IMG/VR virus record: IMGVR_UViG_3300025889_000130 | Span: 1-59,302 of that record | Length of the DNA stretch: 59,302 nucleotides | Source of the DNA: a virus | Lineage: Duplodnaviria > Caudoviricetes | Direction: 5' to 3' (one strand) | Shown: one piece after another, positions 38,789 through 50,093 of the stretch | Layout of the letters: the number at the start of each line of letters is the position of its first letter | Position numbering within the stretch: the stretch's first letter is position 1 | Made by a program: the position numbers and the translations under genes | The notes under the pieces: model-generated | Database searches by the model: none | Told to the model about the DNA's origin: nothing | What the model saw: only the letters and a program-made list of their open reading frames with translations

Positions 38789-40336
38789 ATGAAGGATTTT
38801 AAATATAAAACTAGTTTTTCTAGTGAAATTTTAAGCTGTTCTGTTTTGGAGTCTAATAAATGGGATTCGTGGAATATTACAAAGGCATCTTTAGATTCCT
38901 TAAAGTCTATTATGCCTAAATCTATTGATCTTGATAAAAATATTGATTTATTGGGTGTTGCGTTTAACGCCGCTGTGGTTAATAAATTTAATAAAAATGG
39001 AGATGGGATTAGTACAGAAACAGCGTTAGCTATAAAAGATTATTTCATTAATAAACCTACAAACATGGAGCACGACCGACAAAAAGTCGTTGGACATATT
39101 GTGGGAAGTTCTTTTAGTAAATTTGGAGATAATGAATTATTAACCGAAGAACAAATAGAATCAGAAAATAAACCTTTTAATATTGCATTGGCAGCTGTAG
39201 TATACAAAACAGTAAATCCAGGTTTTGCCGCAGCTCTGGAAATGTCTCAAACAGAAGATTTTGAAGAGACCATATCAGCAAGCTGGGAAATAGGATTTAA
39301 TGATTATGTTATCGCATTAGGTAGTACAGATTTACAAGAAGCCAAAATCATTTCAGATAAAGAAGAAATGAAGTCTTTTGAAGAATATTTGATATCTAAC
39401 GGAGGTGATGGTAAGACACGAGATGGACAAAGAGTTTGCCGACTTGTTGTTGGTGAAGTTTATCCATTAGGAATCGGTTTTACCATTAACCCTGCAGCAG
39501 AAGTCAATGGAGTAGCGATCATTGATAAGAATGATAATTCTGATATTGATGAAGAAAAAATTAATAAAAATATTTCCCATTTAAACAAATTGAATGTAAA
39601 CAAGCAAAAAACCAAATCTAAATTAATTATGGAAAACAAAGAACTTATTCAACAACTAGAAGAAATTTTAGACAATAAGCTTTCTAAAAAAGAATATGCT
39701 CAAGAAACTATTGCTAGTCTTGCAAAAGTTATTTCTGAGGCCATCAAGGAGAAAAGCGATAATTATGTCGAAGAAAGAAAATCAATAGAAGAAGAAAAAG
39801 CCCGCATTGCAGAAGCCGAAGAAAAACTAAAATCTTCCGTTCAAGAAATGGAAGAAAAGCTTGCTTTGGCAGAAGAGCAACTGCAGTCTCTTCAGGCTGA
39901 AAAGCAAGAAAGGGAAGCTAAAGCTATTTTTAATTCTAGGATGTCTGAAATTGATGAAATTTACGAACTGAATGATTCAGATCGTCAAATCATCGCCTCA
40001 GAACTTTCTGAACTTGATCAATCGGAAGCTGGGTATCAAGCTTTTAAGAAAAAATTAGAAGCTTTGTTGGGACCAAAGGCCAAGGCATTTATTAAAGAAC
40101 AGGAAGCTATGATGAATCAACGTATTGAAGAAGAAGTAGCCAAAGCTTTAAAAATGAGTAACGCTGAAGAAGTCACGGCAGAGCAAATTAGTCGATCTAC
40201 TGAAGAACTATTAAATAATGCTGAAGTAGATGAAGAATCTGTACCAAATAATAATGCGCAAGCATCTCAGGAGGGCGGGTTATCAAATCAATTTAAATCG
40301 ATTTTTAATCGAGATAATGTTAACATTAAATATTAA
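38789..40336 (+). CDS. prohead protease/scaffold
   Basis: N.NGD, KPTNMEH....VGH and SASWEI in the N-terminal domain; coiled-coil C-terminus. Confidence 0.75.
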   Translation: MKDFKYKTSFSSEILSCSVLESNKWDSWNITKASLDSLKSIMPKSIDLDKNIDLLGVAFNAAVVNKFNKNGDGISTETALAIKDYFINKPTNMEHDRQKVVGHIVGSSFSKFGDNELLTEEQIESENKPFNIALAAVVYKTVNPGFAAALEMSQTEDFEETISASWEIGFNDYVIALGSTDLQEAKIISDKEEMKSFEEYLISNGGDGKTRDGQRVCRLVVGEVYPLGIGFTINPAAEVNGVAIIDKNDNSDIDEEKINKNISHLNKLNVNKQKTKSKLIMENKELIQQLEEILDNKLSKKEYAQETIASLAKVISEAIKEKSDNYVEERKSIEEEKARIAEAEEKLKSSVQEMEEKLALAEEQLQSLQAEKQEREAKAIFNSRMSEIDEIYELNDSDRQIIASELSELDQSEAGYQAFKKKLEALLGPKAKAFIKEQEAMMNQRIEEEVAKALKMSNAEEVTAEQISRSTEELLNNAEVDEESVPNNNAQASQEGGLSNQFKSIFNRDNVNIKY

Positions 40337-40342
40337 TTAATT

Positions 40343-41044
40343 ATGGCAATTAGAATACTACCATTCAGACAGTATGCCGAACAGGATGTTGTAAATATCT
40401 ATGCACTTAAAGGTACTGATGTCAATGACAATTTAGCTACCAAAGGTAATGGAGATGCAGGCGTTTTTGTATCGGTTTCTAACGGTAAACTTGATGACGG
40501 GCCAGTTACTTATGCTTCAAGTAGCTACCTTGGCAAAACAGATTACCCTTACGTTGGAAGAGATTATTATCCTTCTGTTCAGCTTCGTGCAGGCGCTGCC
40601 TCCACAGGCGACAAAGTATTAGGAATGACTCTTAATCAAACCGCTCTTAAAGACGAAAACGGCGAAAAGCTTCTTTATTACCCACAAAAAGCTTTAGAGA
40701 ATCAAACCGTTCTTTCTGGCCAATCCGTTCCTATTTTAACTCGCGGGATTGTAACCCTTAATGGTTCTGCAGGCGGAGACTTCGGAAATAATGCTTACGT
40801 TAATGACTCTAACTGGGCCATTGGTAACGTTGCAATTATTTCTCCAAATAATGATGGCCGTCTTAGCGGTGTCGCTCCTACATCTGACCGTTTACGTGAG
40901 TATATCGGTTATGCAGGAGGCCAAGACGGGATTGGAGTTATTCTCGCTACAGGATCAAGAGTAGCTGGTTCTACCGCAGATCAATTTGCTGGTTCTGCAG
41001 GTACTACAGGAGCTTATTCAATCGTCAAAATTGACTGTAATTAA
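40343..41044 (+). CDS. head decoration/minor capsid protein
   Basis: Gly-rich beta protein between scaffold and major capsid genes. Confidence 0.55.
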   Translation: MAIRILPFRQYAEQDVVNIYALKGTDVNDNLATKGNGDAGVFVSVSNGKLDDGPVTYASSSYLGKTDYPYVGRDYYPSVQLRAGAASTGDKVLGMTLNQTALKDENGEKLLYYPQKALENQTVLSGQSVPILTRGIVTLNGSAGGDFGNNAYVNDSNWAIGNVAIISPNNDGRLSGVAPTSDRLREYIGYAGGQDGIGVILATGSRVAGSTADQFAGSAGTTGAYSIVKIDCN

Positions 41045-41062
41045 TAGAAGGAGTTTATTAAA

Positions 41063-42151
41063 ATGACAATTACATTAAAAAGAACAGAAGAACAACTTGA
41101 GCTTCTTAAAGCCATGGCTTCTCGTGATCGTAGTATAGCTTATGAAGCTCAAGCTGCGCTTGGCTCCTTTATGGGTCCTATTCTTGCGGAAGTTATTAAT
41201 AATGCCCCAACTCTAAGTAATTTATTTACTACATTGAGTTTTAACCCTGATGATAATCCAAGCATTCCTCTTGATCTCTACTACGATATCACCGCTGAAG
41301 ATTATATTACAGTTTACTCCCAATCAATGCCTGGAGGCCTTCCTACTAACCATGTCTCTCCAACAGCTAGCGAACTTAAATTCACTACTTACAATCTTGA
41401 CAGTGCTGTAAGTTTTGATAAGCGCTACGCTGCTAAAAGTAGACTTGATGTTGTAGGTAAAACCTTCACTCGTATTGCTCAGGAAATACTACTAAAACAA
41501 GAGCGCACTTCTGCGAATCTTATTCTTGGAACATTAGCTGATAATAGCGGAAACTTATTAACTTCTAAAATCGCTGGTAGATTTCTTCTTGCGGATCTTA
41601 ACGCTCTTATCACTAAATCTAAAAGAGTTAATGATTCTTGGTCTGGAGGTACTCCAGCTAACAAAAGAAGCGGAATCACCGATCTCTTAGTTAGTCCTGA
41701 AATCATTGAAGAAGTTCGTGGAATGGCTTACAATCCAATTAACAGCAAAACCGCTGATGGCACTGTACCAGCTGCTGGTTCTGATGCTTGGGTTGCCGCT
41801 CCAGATGACATTCGTCGTGGACTGTTTAATGATTCTGGCGAAATGACCTCATTCTTTGGGGTAAATTTAATGGAAGTTTATCAACTAGGTCCTTTAGCTG
41901 ATGGCAACCAATTTACCAAAATCTTCAATGGCCTAAATGCAATGTCACGTAGTGATTTGGTATTAGGCCTTGACCTTAGCCGCGATTCCCTTTTTAAAGG
42001 GGTCGTTCTTGATTCTGAAAGTGGTGCAGAGTTTACTCTGACTGCCGATGATCAATACAGCATTCGCCAGCAAAAAATTGGTTATTATGGTTCTATCGAA
42101 GAAGGTAGAATGGTTCTTGATAAAAGAGCAATCTTCGGTATAGAAGTTTAA
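41063..42151 (+). CDS. major capsid protein
   Basis: Position and size (362 aa); strong GAAGGAG RBS; terminator downstream. Confidence 0.8.
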   Translation: MTITLKRTEEQLELLKAMASRDRSIAYEAQAALGSFMGPILAEVINNAPTLSNLFTTLSFNPDDNPSIPLDLYYDITAEDYITVYSQSMPGGLPTNHVSPTASELKFTTYNLDSAVSFDKRYAAKSRLDVVGKTFTRIAQEILLKQERTSANLILGTLADNSGNLLTSKIAGRFLLADLNALITKSKRVNDSWSGGTPANKRSGITDLLVSPEIIEEVRGMAYNPINSKTADGTVPAAGSDAWVAAPDDIRRGLFNDSGEMTSFFGVNLMEVYQLGPLADGNQFTKIFNGLNAMSRSDLVLGLDLSRDSLFKGVVLDSESGAEFTLTADDQYSIRQQKIGYYGSIEEGRMVLDKRAIFGIEV

Positions 42152-42172
42152 AATATTCATATATTAATAATA

Positions 42173-42203
42173 GAGCCGTCTCCCTGCTGGGAGGCGGCTT
42201 TTT
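42173..42203 (+). terminator. intrinsic terminator
   Basis: GAGCCGTCTCC/GGAGGCGGCTT stem followed by a T-run. Confidence 0.8.
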
Positions 42204-42285
42204 ATTTTCTATAGGCTTGAAATTTTGTGTACTAAATTTTATTATTATATACTTTATTTAAATTAAAGGATGAAAGGTTAAAATT

Positions 42286-42687
42286 ATGGAACAAAAAAAT
42301 AAACAAGGTCGGGGAAGACCACAAAAAAATCAAAAAAAGCTTGAAAAATTACATCAAGCTCATGGAATGGATGAAAGAATTAAAAAAGCAAAAGAGCTTG
42401 AAGATTTGATTGGCTTGTCTACAATCAATCCATACGGAACAAGTATCGCTTCTGAATTTGAAGCAAGATTAAACGAAATGGCTTTGGTAGATATGCAAGA
42501 AATGGCAGTAAGAGCTGGAGTTTTTCCTAATGGCAATAAAACTTCTTTAAAATCAAAATTAATAAAAGGTTTTAATGAATACAATAGGGGTAGCGTTTTA
42601 ATGAATGCGCCACAACCTATTAAGCTTAATAACAAAGATAGGAAAGCTACAGAAGAGGCTCTTCGTTTAATGCGAGAAGGACTTTAA
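42286..42687 (+). CDS. hypothetical protein in virion module
   Basis: ORF after the major capsid gene. Confidence 0.6.
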   Translation: MEQKNKQGRGRPQKNQKKLEKLHQAHGMDERIKKAKELEDLIGLSTINPYGTSIASEFEARLNEMALVDMQEMAVRAGVFPNGNKTSLKSKLIKGFNEYNRGSVLMNAPQPIKLNNKDRKATEEALRLMREGL

Positions 42688-43212
42688 ATGAATGATATTG
42701 GAAATCTAGCAACAAGTATTTGGGACAACGAGTTTGGCGATGAAACAGGCGCTCTTCATCGTACTTCTGAAATATCCTCAATTTCTGGATGGTTATCTGC
42801 AAATGTAGGACAACTAAATAATTACATATATACTTCATTTAGTGGAGCTTCAGACGGGCAAATGTATCCAGTTGGTAAGTTTCAATTAGAAGAACAAAAT
42901 ATTTTTTCGCAGATATACTTAAGTCATTATTATAAAAAACAATCCAGAAATGCCTTAAGAGGAATTGATGGAAGTTTAAATAATGATATTGATTGGATTA
43001 GATTACAAGAAGGAGACAGTTTAATTGTTAGAAGCAATAAAACAGATGTATCAAAAATCTATCGCGACCTGGGTAAAGAGTCGGATGAAAAACTAAAAAA
43101 TTTAGTATATTATTATAACCTTTATCAGTCAAAGCCCAGACAGGTAGCGGGAAGAGATGGAGATTTTGAAATATCTGGAAAATACTCAAGGTCATTCCCT
43201 TATTATAGATAA
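42688..43212 (+). CDS. putative head-tail adaptor
   Basis: Synteny and size. Confidence 0.45.
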   Translation: MNDIGNLATSIWDNEFGDETGALHRTSEISSISGWLSANVGQLNNYIYTSFSGASDGQMYPVGKFQLEEQNIFSQIYLSHYYKKQSRNALRGIDGSLNNDIDWIRLQEGDSLIVRSNKTDVSKIYRDLGKESDEKLKNLVYYYNLYQSKPRQVAGRDGDFEISGKYSRSFPYYR

Positions 43213-43218
43213 TTTATC

Positions 43219-43665
43219 ATGTCTTCTTTACTGAATAATAATCAAAAAAATCAATTAGAAGATGTATTTACCCATGTTCATGATACCTTTGCTAGAGATA
43301 TCACTATATATACCGTAAAAAAACAAATATTCGTAGCAACCAATCAGACATATAATGCCTTGTATTCTAGAATCAAGGACGCGACCATAGAAAAAAAAGA
43401 GGTTACTTCTACTACAGTCAAGGCTAGAGTGCAATATATCAGCAAGCAATATATAGAATCAGAATATGGACTACAAGCACAGACTAACCTGCCAATATCT
43501 GCAGGAGAATTAAGAATCAAACTTGATGAAACTGGTTATACGTCTTTTAAGTTTGCAAATAGAATTGAAATTGATGGAACGGTTTGGTCAATAAAAACAG
43601 ATGCTTCAAGAATAGGATTATTTAGTCCAAAATTTTATACTTTGTTTTTAGAAAGGGCTAACTAG
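43219..43665 (+). CDS. putative head closure protein
   Basis: Synteny; beta-rich with RIEIDG..W.I. Confidence 0.5.
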   Translation: MSSLLNNNQKNQLEDVFTHVHDTFARDITIYTVKKQIFVATNQTYNALYSRIKDATIEKKEVTSTTVKARVQYISKQYIESEYGLQAQTNLPISAGELRIKLDETGYTSFKFANRIEIDGTVWSIKTDASRIGLFSPKFYTLFLERAN

Positions 43666-44249
43666 TGATCATTAATAATCTAAAACTAAAACGTACATTA
43701 GCGCAGCAAGTTCCTTCTGTTATTAAAAGAAGAATATTTAATGATTTAGAAAAACAGTTCGAACAAGCAAAGGCAAAATTATTAAAAGATTTTGAAAATC
43801 ATGCTGTAACTAGAGAATTAAATGAAAAAAATGGAGCCTCTAATATAAGCAATACTTTAGGAGGAGAAGGAAACTTATATTCATTTATTGGATTTAGTGG
43901 AGAAGATGCTTTATCTCAATTAAGGGATTTATTAGAAAATGGAATTAAAATTATAAGCAGAAGAACCGATCCAGGTAATTTATCTTTTTCTATAAAAATT
44001 TCTATACCTAATGAAAATTCAATATCCGCCGCAACCCCAATGCCTTGGGCTCCAGGAATGAGTTGGGCAGAAGGAATTGAAAAAGGCATATCTGGTCTAG
44101 GTAATTATTTAAATAAAAAAACTAGCTCTAGCAGATCTGGGAGTGGCATACAAATAGATTTTAATATTAGAAATCAAACCTTTTCAGGTGTCCCATATTT
44201 AACAAAAATACTTGAAGATTTTATCAGAGAACTAGGCAAACTAAAATGA
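43665..44249 (+). CDS. putative neck/tail-completion protein
   Basis: Synteny. Confidence 0.45.
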   Translation: MIINNLKLKRTLAQQVPSVIKRRIFNDLEKQFEQAKAKLLKDFENHAVTRELNEKNGASNISNTLGGEGNLYSFIGFSGEDALSQLRDLLENGIKIISRRTDPGNLSFSIKISIPNENSISAATPMPWAPGMSWAEGIEKGISGLGNYLNKKTSSSRSGSGIQIDFNIRNQTFSGVPYLTKILEDFIRELGKLK

Positions 44250-45118
44250 AAGTACAATTTGATCATGAATTACAGTCAAGTTTCTACCTTTGGTTTGATG
44301 ACAGGGTAACCAGGATGATGTCTGGTATAAAACCAGAAGTAGGAATGTCTTTTGGTTATTACGAAGATACAAATGATATCCCAAGCTCTTTAGATGGATA
44401 TTACGCACCCTATCGCCAGCTGCTATCGAATGGTGAAGATGTACCAAGCGGAGTTTATATTAATAATGTTTTATATAATCAAGATACAACAACTGCAGGT
44501 CAATATTTATTGATTGATCATAATCAAGGAAGGGTAATTTTAGATCCGAATTATTATGGATCAAACTTAAATGTGAGTGGAAATTTTTCTACAAAAGATT
44601 TTAATATTTATATGACTAATGAAACAGAAGAAGAGTTATTAATTGAAAATACTTTTATATTAGCTTCTGATAGTAAAACCCAATTGGAAAAAGCTGGGGA
44701 ATTAAATATTGATCATTATGTTATACCAGCGGCTTTCATAACTATGTCACGATCAGAAAATAAACCTTTTGCGATGGGAGGCTTGGATCAAACTTTATAT
44801 AATATTAGAACAGTAGTAATTGCTGATAGTAACTATGGATTAGATGCTATGCTTTCTCATTTTAGAGATACGCAAAATTTAACTGTACCATTAGTGCCAT
44901 ATGAAAATTTTCCTTTTGGAGAATATTTTCACATTAAAGAACCTCCTTATACTTATACTGGTTTAGTTAACACTAAGAAGCCAGATATTTGGATACAAAA
45001 AGTAAAAACATCGAAACTTTATGATAGAAATAGTGTACTAAACTTAAGTAAAGGCGCAAAAGTTGGATTTATTGATTTTGAATTAAATATTGTAAGATCA
45101 ACAAAAGTTTGTTCTTGA
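44246..45118 (+). CDS. putative tail terminator
   Basis: Immediately upstream of the tail tube gene. Confidence 0.45.
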   Translation: MKVQFDHELQSSFYLWFDDRVTRMMSGIKPEVGMSFGYYEDTNDIPSSLDGYYAPYRQLLSNGEDVPSGVYINNVLYNQDTTTAGQYLLIDHNQGRVILDPNYYGSNLNVSGNFSTKDFNIYMTNETEEELLIENTFILASDSKTQLEKAGELNIDHYVIPAAFITMSRSENKPFAMGGLDQTLYNIRTVVIADSNYGLDAMLSHFRDTQNLTVPLVPYENFPFGEYFHIKEPPYTYTGLVNTKKPDIWIQKVKTSKLYDRNSVLNLSKGAKVGFIDFELNIVRSTKVCS

Positions 45119-45210
45119 TTTATTATTTAATAAAAAATTTCCTTTTTTGTGTTTGTAGATGTATATGATAGTAAAATTAATTTAAATTAACCTTAAAATT
45201 ATAATATATT

Positions 45211-46461
45211 ATGGCAAGAAATAGAGTTATTTATCAGAGCGAAGCGTTATTCGTTGGCCCAAAAGCTGGAGGCGAACATACCGCTCATAATGAACTCCAT
45301 AGAGTTCAAAATATTAGCCACGACATGAGTGCTACACGGACCGATATTTTTGAATTTGGACGTTTGGCTGCTTTAGACAAAGTGATGATCGAGGCACCTA
45401 CCGTATCTTTAGACTTTGGTTATTTATTAACCAATGGTGAAAATGAAAAAAATATTGGATTAGTTGTCGAGCAACAAACTGCTGGTTATGTTGGTGGGAA
45501 TTACATGGGAAGCGATACTCTTCCTAATGCTACTAGCGGTATTATAGCAAACCCTGGTGCCGATAACGATGAAAAGAATTATTATGTTGTTACTGTCCCC
45601 GAAGGATTGGACGCTGACGACGATGATAGTTATTCCTCAAGCACTAATAATTTCAATTCACGCTCAATTGTTGGTTTTGGTAATGGGGTACTTAGTAATT
45701 ATAGCATTAACGGTGCTGTTGGTGATTTTGCTTCTGCAAGCGTAAGTATCGAAGCGTTTAACATTTCATTTATTTCTGGACAAGACGCAGCTGTTTCTGC
45801 TGCTTGGGTTAGTGGAGACGCAATCCCAACGATCAAAAAAGGTACTAACGGTCTACAGGCTGGTACTTTTGCTTTGCCTGCTCCAAGCACTGGTCAACAA
45901 AATGTATTTGCAATTCGTCCTGGAGATATTATTCTTGATTTTGATGTTACTGATTCTAGTGCTGCTTTTAGTGAATTAAGTGTTGGTGGCGCAATTCTTC
46001 CTAGCCAAGATCCAGATACCACCCAAGAGGGCGCAGCCGCTCCTGAACCAATGCATCTTCAAAACTTTAGTATTGAAATGCCATTAGCTCGCACGGCTTT
46101 AAATCGCTTGGGCAGTACATTTCCATACTATCGCGCTATTGACTTCCCACTAAATGTAACATTAAACTGCAGTGCTTTGCTTGCAGATGTAAGCACTGGT
46201 AGTCTTGTAGATATTATGTGTAATGATGCCAAGCGCACTATTGAAGTTGCGTTACGTAACCCTTGTTCAGCTAATGTTGCTGATGGACTTGGTGACATAC
46301 AATCACGTTTTAGATTAAAAAATGCTCAATTAGTTTCTCAAAACTTCTCTGCCAGTATTGGTGATAATAAAACTGTAGACCTTTCTTTCGAGGCTACGGT
46401 TGGTGGTCCAAGTGATTTAAATAATGGATTATTTATTTCTGGTACTGCTAATAATAGCTAA
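45211..46461 (+). CDS. major tail (tube) protein
   Basis: MARNRVIYQSEALF, LHRVQ and R.IDFP.NV motifs; terminator downstream. Confidence 0.7.
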   Translation: MARNRVIYQSEALFVGPKAGGEHTAHNELHRVQNISHDMSATRTDIFEFGRLAALDKVMIEAPTVSLDFGYLLTNGENEKNIGLVVEQQTAGYVGGNYMGSDTLPNATSGIIANPGADNDEKNYYVVTVPEGLDADDDDSYSSSTNNFNSRSIVGFGNGVLSNYSINGAVGDFASASVSIEAFNISFISGQDAAVSAAWVSGDAIPTIKKGTNGLQAGTFALPAPSTGQQNVFAIRPGDIILDFDVTDSSAAFSELSVGGAILPSQDPDTTQEGAAAPEPMHLQNFSIEMPLARTALNRLGSTFPYYRAIDFPLNVTLNCSALLADVSTGSLVDIMCNDAKRTIEVALRNPCSANVADGLGDIQSRFRLKNAQLVSQNFSASIGDNKTVDLSFEATVGGPSDLNNGLFISGTANNS

Positions 46462-46504
46462 TAATATATCACCATTTTAATCTTTAAATTAGATTAAAAT
46501 ATTT

Positions 46505-46530
46505 AAAGCCCCCGACTTCGGGGGCTTTTT
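46505..46530 (+). terminator. intrinsic terminator
   Basis: AAAGCCCCCG-ACTT-CGGGGGCTTTTT. Confidence 0.85.
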
Positions 46531-46579
46531 ATTTTAAATACAACACATTTTTAATTAATATAATGTGTAATACATATTT

Positions 46580-47494
46580 ATGGGTTACTTTAGGAATAAT
46601 TATGGAGACCAAGATATTTATATATCTGGTCAAAAATTAAGGGGTGTACAATCTACGGATGCATCTTTTAGTATTCCTTTTGAGCCTATTAAAGTAGCAG
46701 GGGTTGGCTATTTAGATAATACAATAAATTCCAATCTAGAAGGGTCTGTTAGTGTTAATAGGTATGTTGTCTCTAATGAAGATCCAATTACTGGATTTTT
46801 TACACAGCCAATATCTGGGCATTTGCGATATGGGACTGGAAATAACCCTCTTATTTTTTCTTTTCATAGAGGTCAAATAAATTCTTATTCTTCTTCGTGT
46901 AGTGTAGGCGGAGTCCCAGAGCTAAATTTTGAAATATCAGCTTATGGTAATATTGGATCTGGTGTTTCTACAGGAATTGAGCAGCCTAATAATGAAACTA
47001 TTGCAATAGCCAGACCAGGGGATATTATTTTTGAAGGAGTTTCTGGGCAGTCTACAAACAGGATACAATCTTACAATTATGAAATATCAGTACCAAGAAC
47101 TCCTATTTATGTTTTAGGATCGGGATTTGAGCCAGCTTACTTTAATATAGATTATCCAATCGAAATTAATTTAAGTTTTGATATGGATGTGGACGATTTG
47201 CAGTCGGAAGATATGCATGACCTAGTATGCAACCAGCCAAAGAACGACATCTCTATTACATTAAGCGGGTGCAATCTTAATAATTTTTTAAGAAAATTTA
47301 TCTTACCTAATCCTATTTTTTTAGGTGTGGATTATAGTAGTTCTATTGATAATGATTTATCGGCTACTATAAGATATAAGTCATATATTAATAATATAAA
47401 TGATATTGCTCCTTTAATTGGAGGAGGACAAATATTTATTGATGTTAATGTGGTTGGAGGTGGAACGGTTCAATTTGTAGAGTTTTTTGATTAA
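46580..47494 (+). CDS. tail-tube-like paralog
   Basis: Shares LRGVQ, RPGDI, Q.....I..PRT....LGS and IDYP with 45211..46461. Confidence 0.6.
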   Translation: MGYFRNNYGDQDIYISGQKLRGVQSTDASFSIPFEPIKVAGVGYLDNTINSNLEGSVSVNRYVVSNEDPITGFFTQPISGHLRYGTGNNPLIFSFHRGQINSYSSSCSVGGVPELNFEISAYGNIGSGVSTGIEQPNNETIAIARPGDIIFEGVSGQSTNRIQSYNYEISVPRTPIYVLGSGFEPAYFNIDYPIEINLSFDMDVDDLQSEDMHDLVCNQPKNDISITLSGCNLNNFLRKFILPNPIFLGVDYSSSIDNDLSATIRYKSYINNINDIAPLIGGGQIFIDVNVVGGGTVQFVEFFD

Positions 47495-50052
47495 TGGCTA
47501 GATATACAATACCATATGGTAAGAACGCCAAATTTAGAATTACTCCTGATCCTGGGAATAAGATTAGTAGTATTATTTTAAATGGTCAAGATTACTCTTT
47601 TAAAATAAATCCTCCAAGCACATCAGCAATGGATTTCATTGTTTATAGTGCTAGTTTTAATCAAGTATTAGAAGTAACTTTTACAGAACATGTAACTACA
47701 ACTGCAAGTCCGACTACAACCTCGGGCCCTACTACAACTGTATCGCCAGCTATCACTACCACTACATCTGCTCCAATTACAGATGGTATTTGTATTGAAA
47801 ATGTATCTAACGGAGTTCCAAATGGAACTTATCAAAAATCCAGCGAATTATTTTCAGAAAAATCGTATTGGTATAATAACAGCTTATCAACAACATATTA
47901 TGTTTTATGGTCAAATGAGCATTCTCAATGGGTCATTACAAATATTTTAAGCGATTCTGGTTGGATTTATTATGGGCCAAGTTCCACTCATCCTTGGCAA
48001 GGAAATTGGGATATACCAATTATTAGTCAAGAAGAATGTCCTACCACAGCAGTTCCGACCACTACAGCGGTTCCGACCACTACATCGGTTCCAACGACAA
48101 CAGAGGTTCCGACAACAACAGCGGTTCCAACGACAACAGCGGTTCCAACGACAACAGCGGTTCCGACAACAACAGCGGTTCCGACAACAACAGCGGTTCC
48201 GACAACAACAGCGGTTCCAACGACAACAGCGGTTCCAACGACAACAGCGGTTCCGACAACAACAGCGGTTCCAACGACAACAGCGGTTCCAACGACAACA
48301 GCGGTTCCAACGACAACAGCGGTTCCGACGACAACAGCGGTTCCGACGACAACAGCGGTTCCAACGACAACAGCGGTTCCGACAACAACAGCGGTTCCGA
48401 CGACAACGGCGGCTCCTAGCCATTTATGTATTTATTATGTATATAATAGCGGAACGCAGACACTTACTGGTACATTAACTTCTACTGGCTTTGTTAATGG
48501 GAAGGTATATTATGAAGTAACTACTTGGCCTTTATCAGGAGATAATCCTTACATGTATTGGAGTTCAATAAATAGCAAATGGTATATAGCCAGCAGCACA
48601 AATCCATCAGATGTAGACTATGAAGAATATGCAGAAATAAGTAGTGCTAACCCTTATGGAAACTGGACTATTAGTACTGGGGATATAAATAGCATTAATA
48701 CTTATGAAGGAATTTGTGCCACAGCGGCTCCAACAACTACAGCTGTTCCGACGACTACCACAGTAGTTCCGACTACTACTACAGTAGTTCCGACGACTAC
48801 AGCGGTTCCAGGAACTACAGCTGTTCCGACGACTACCACAGTAGTTCCGACTACTACTACAGTAGTTCCGACGACTACAGCGGTTCCAGGAACTACAGCA
48901 ACACCAGTCTATCCTTGTGTTTCTGGTGGAAATTCAAACGCAAACGGAACTTATAATCCTGATGGTACTTATAATGGGAAAACCTATTGGTATAATGGTA
49001 GTTACTATATTTATTGGGCTGGCGGCGGTAATTATTGGTATATTGCCGATTCTCTAGGTTCTGGAACTCCATATGATAGTAGCGCTTATGATTTTGATCC
49101 ATGGAACAATAGTTGGGGTTTCATCAGTGTAGATGAAAACTGCCCAACAACTACAGCAACTCCGACGACAACAACAGCAATTCCGACAACAACAGCAGCT
49201 CCGACAACAGTAGCTCCGATAACAACAGCAGCTCCGACAACTACACCAGCTCCGACGACAACTACTACAGCGGCTCCAACAGAAATTGCAGAGAGATTAT
49301 GTGTAAGATATTCGAGCATTGATTATTTTAGCAAATCTATTCTTTGCGAGGAAGGAGAAGATAATATTTCGAATGGAGTTTACTGGGCTATGCTTGGCGC
49401 AGAGGGACTTTATGAATTGGTAAGAGACAATGAATTGAATATTATATACTATAATGGTAAGCCTTATTACCAAAGGTACATGTATCCATATGAAAAATGT
49501 AGCCCTTGCAAATATGAAAAAACTACTCCTTCAGGCACTGCCACTACCATTATACCAGGACCAACTATCAATCCTAACAATGATCCAAATTGTCCGTATT
49601 CAACTGCAACTCCTGGCCCAACTGCAACTCCTGGACCAACTACAACTCCTGGACCAACTACAACTGCGGGTCCGACAACCACAGTAGCTCCATGTGACTT
49701 ATATATTTATTATGAAAATGGTTTGTGGAATATAGCTCCAGTACTTGGAAATCTCGCGAGTTTTGGCGATACTGTATATTCAGATGATTCTTATTATAAA
49801 TCATACAATCCAGGACTTCCAGCTTCGGAAGATTATCCTTGGCTTGTAGGTATGGGAGAAACAAGTTTATATAATCAGTATACCATAATTGCAGATACTC
49901 AAAATGACTGGAATGATTGCGTGGGCGAGGTAGAGTATGTAGAATCAATACAAGGAGGTTTGGATTGTGTCGAGTGCGAGCCACCAACGACCACGCCAAC
50001 TCCAACCACATCAACTCCAATAATTACACCAACAACTACATCAACCCCATAA
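47494..50052 (+). CDS. mucin-like Thr/Pro-repeat virion protein 1
   Basis: About 20 PTTTAV repeats plus other T/P linkers between Cys/Trp/Tyr-rich modules. Confidence 0.8.
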   Translation: MARYTIPYGKNAKFRITPDPGNKISSIILNGQDYSFKINPPSTSAMDFIVYSASFNQVLEVTFTEHVTTTASPTTTSGPTTTVSPAITTTTSAPITDGICIENVSNGVPNGTYQKSSELFSEKSYWYNNSLSTTYYVLWSNEHSQWVITNILSDSGWIYYGPSSTHPWQGNWDIPIISQEECPTTAVPTTTAVPTTTSVPTTTEVPTTTAVPTTTAVPTTTAVPTTTAVPTTTAVPTTTAVPTTTAVPTTTAVPTTTAVPTTTAVPTTTAVPTTTAVPTTTAVPTTTAVPTTTAVPTTTAVPTTTAAPSHLCIYYVYNSGTQTLTGTLTSTGFVNGKVYYEVTTWPLSGDNPYMYWSSINSKWYIASSTNPSDVDYEEYAEISSANPYGNWTISTGDINSINTYEGICATAAPTTTAVPTTTTVVPTTTTVVPTTTAVPGTTAVPTTTTVVPTTTTVVPTTTAVPGTTATPVYPCVSGGNSNANGTYNPDGTYNGKTYWYNGSYYIYWAGGGNYWYIADSLGSGTPYDSSAYDFDPWNNSWGFISVDENCPTTTATPTTTTAIPTTTAAPTTVAPITTAAPTTTPAPTTTTTAAPTEIAERLCVRYSSIDYFSKSILCEEGEDNISNGVYWAMLGAEGLYELVRDNELNIIYYNGKPYYQRYMYPYEKCSPCKYEKTTPSGTATTIIPGPTINPNNDPNCPYSTATPGPTATPGPTTTPGPTTTAGPTTTVAPCDLYIYYENGLWNIAPVLGNLASFGDTVYSDDSYYKSYNPGLPASEDYPWLVGMGETSLYNQYTIIADTQNDWNDCVGEVEYVESIQGGLDCVECEPPTTTPTPTTSTPIITPTTTSTP
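48040..48417 (+). repeat. 18-bp coding tandem repeat (PTTTAV) x about 20
   Basis: CCRACRACAACAGCGGTT units. Confidence 0.95.
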
Positions 50053-50093
50053 CATTTTTTAGATTTTACAAAAAGAAATATTTAACATAAATT

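Noticed and set aside
47947-48478. Alternative-frame ORFs (RNRCC, QQRF, SNDNSG and SEPLL repeats)
   Set aside because: These are shadows of the 18-bp PTTTAV tandem repeat in other frames and strands
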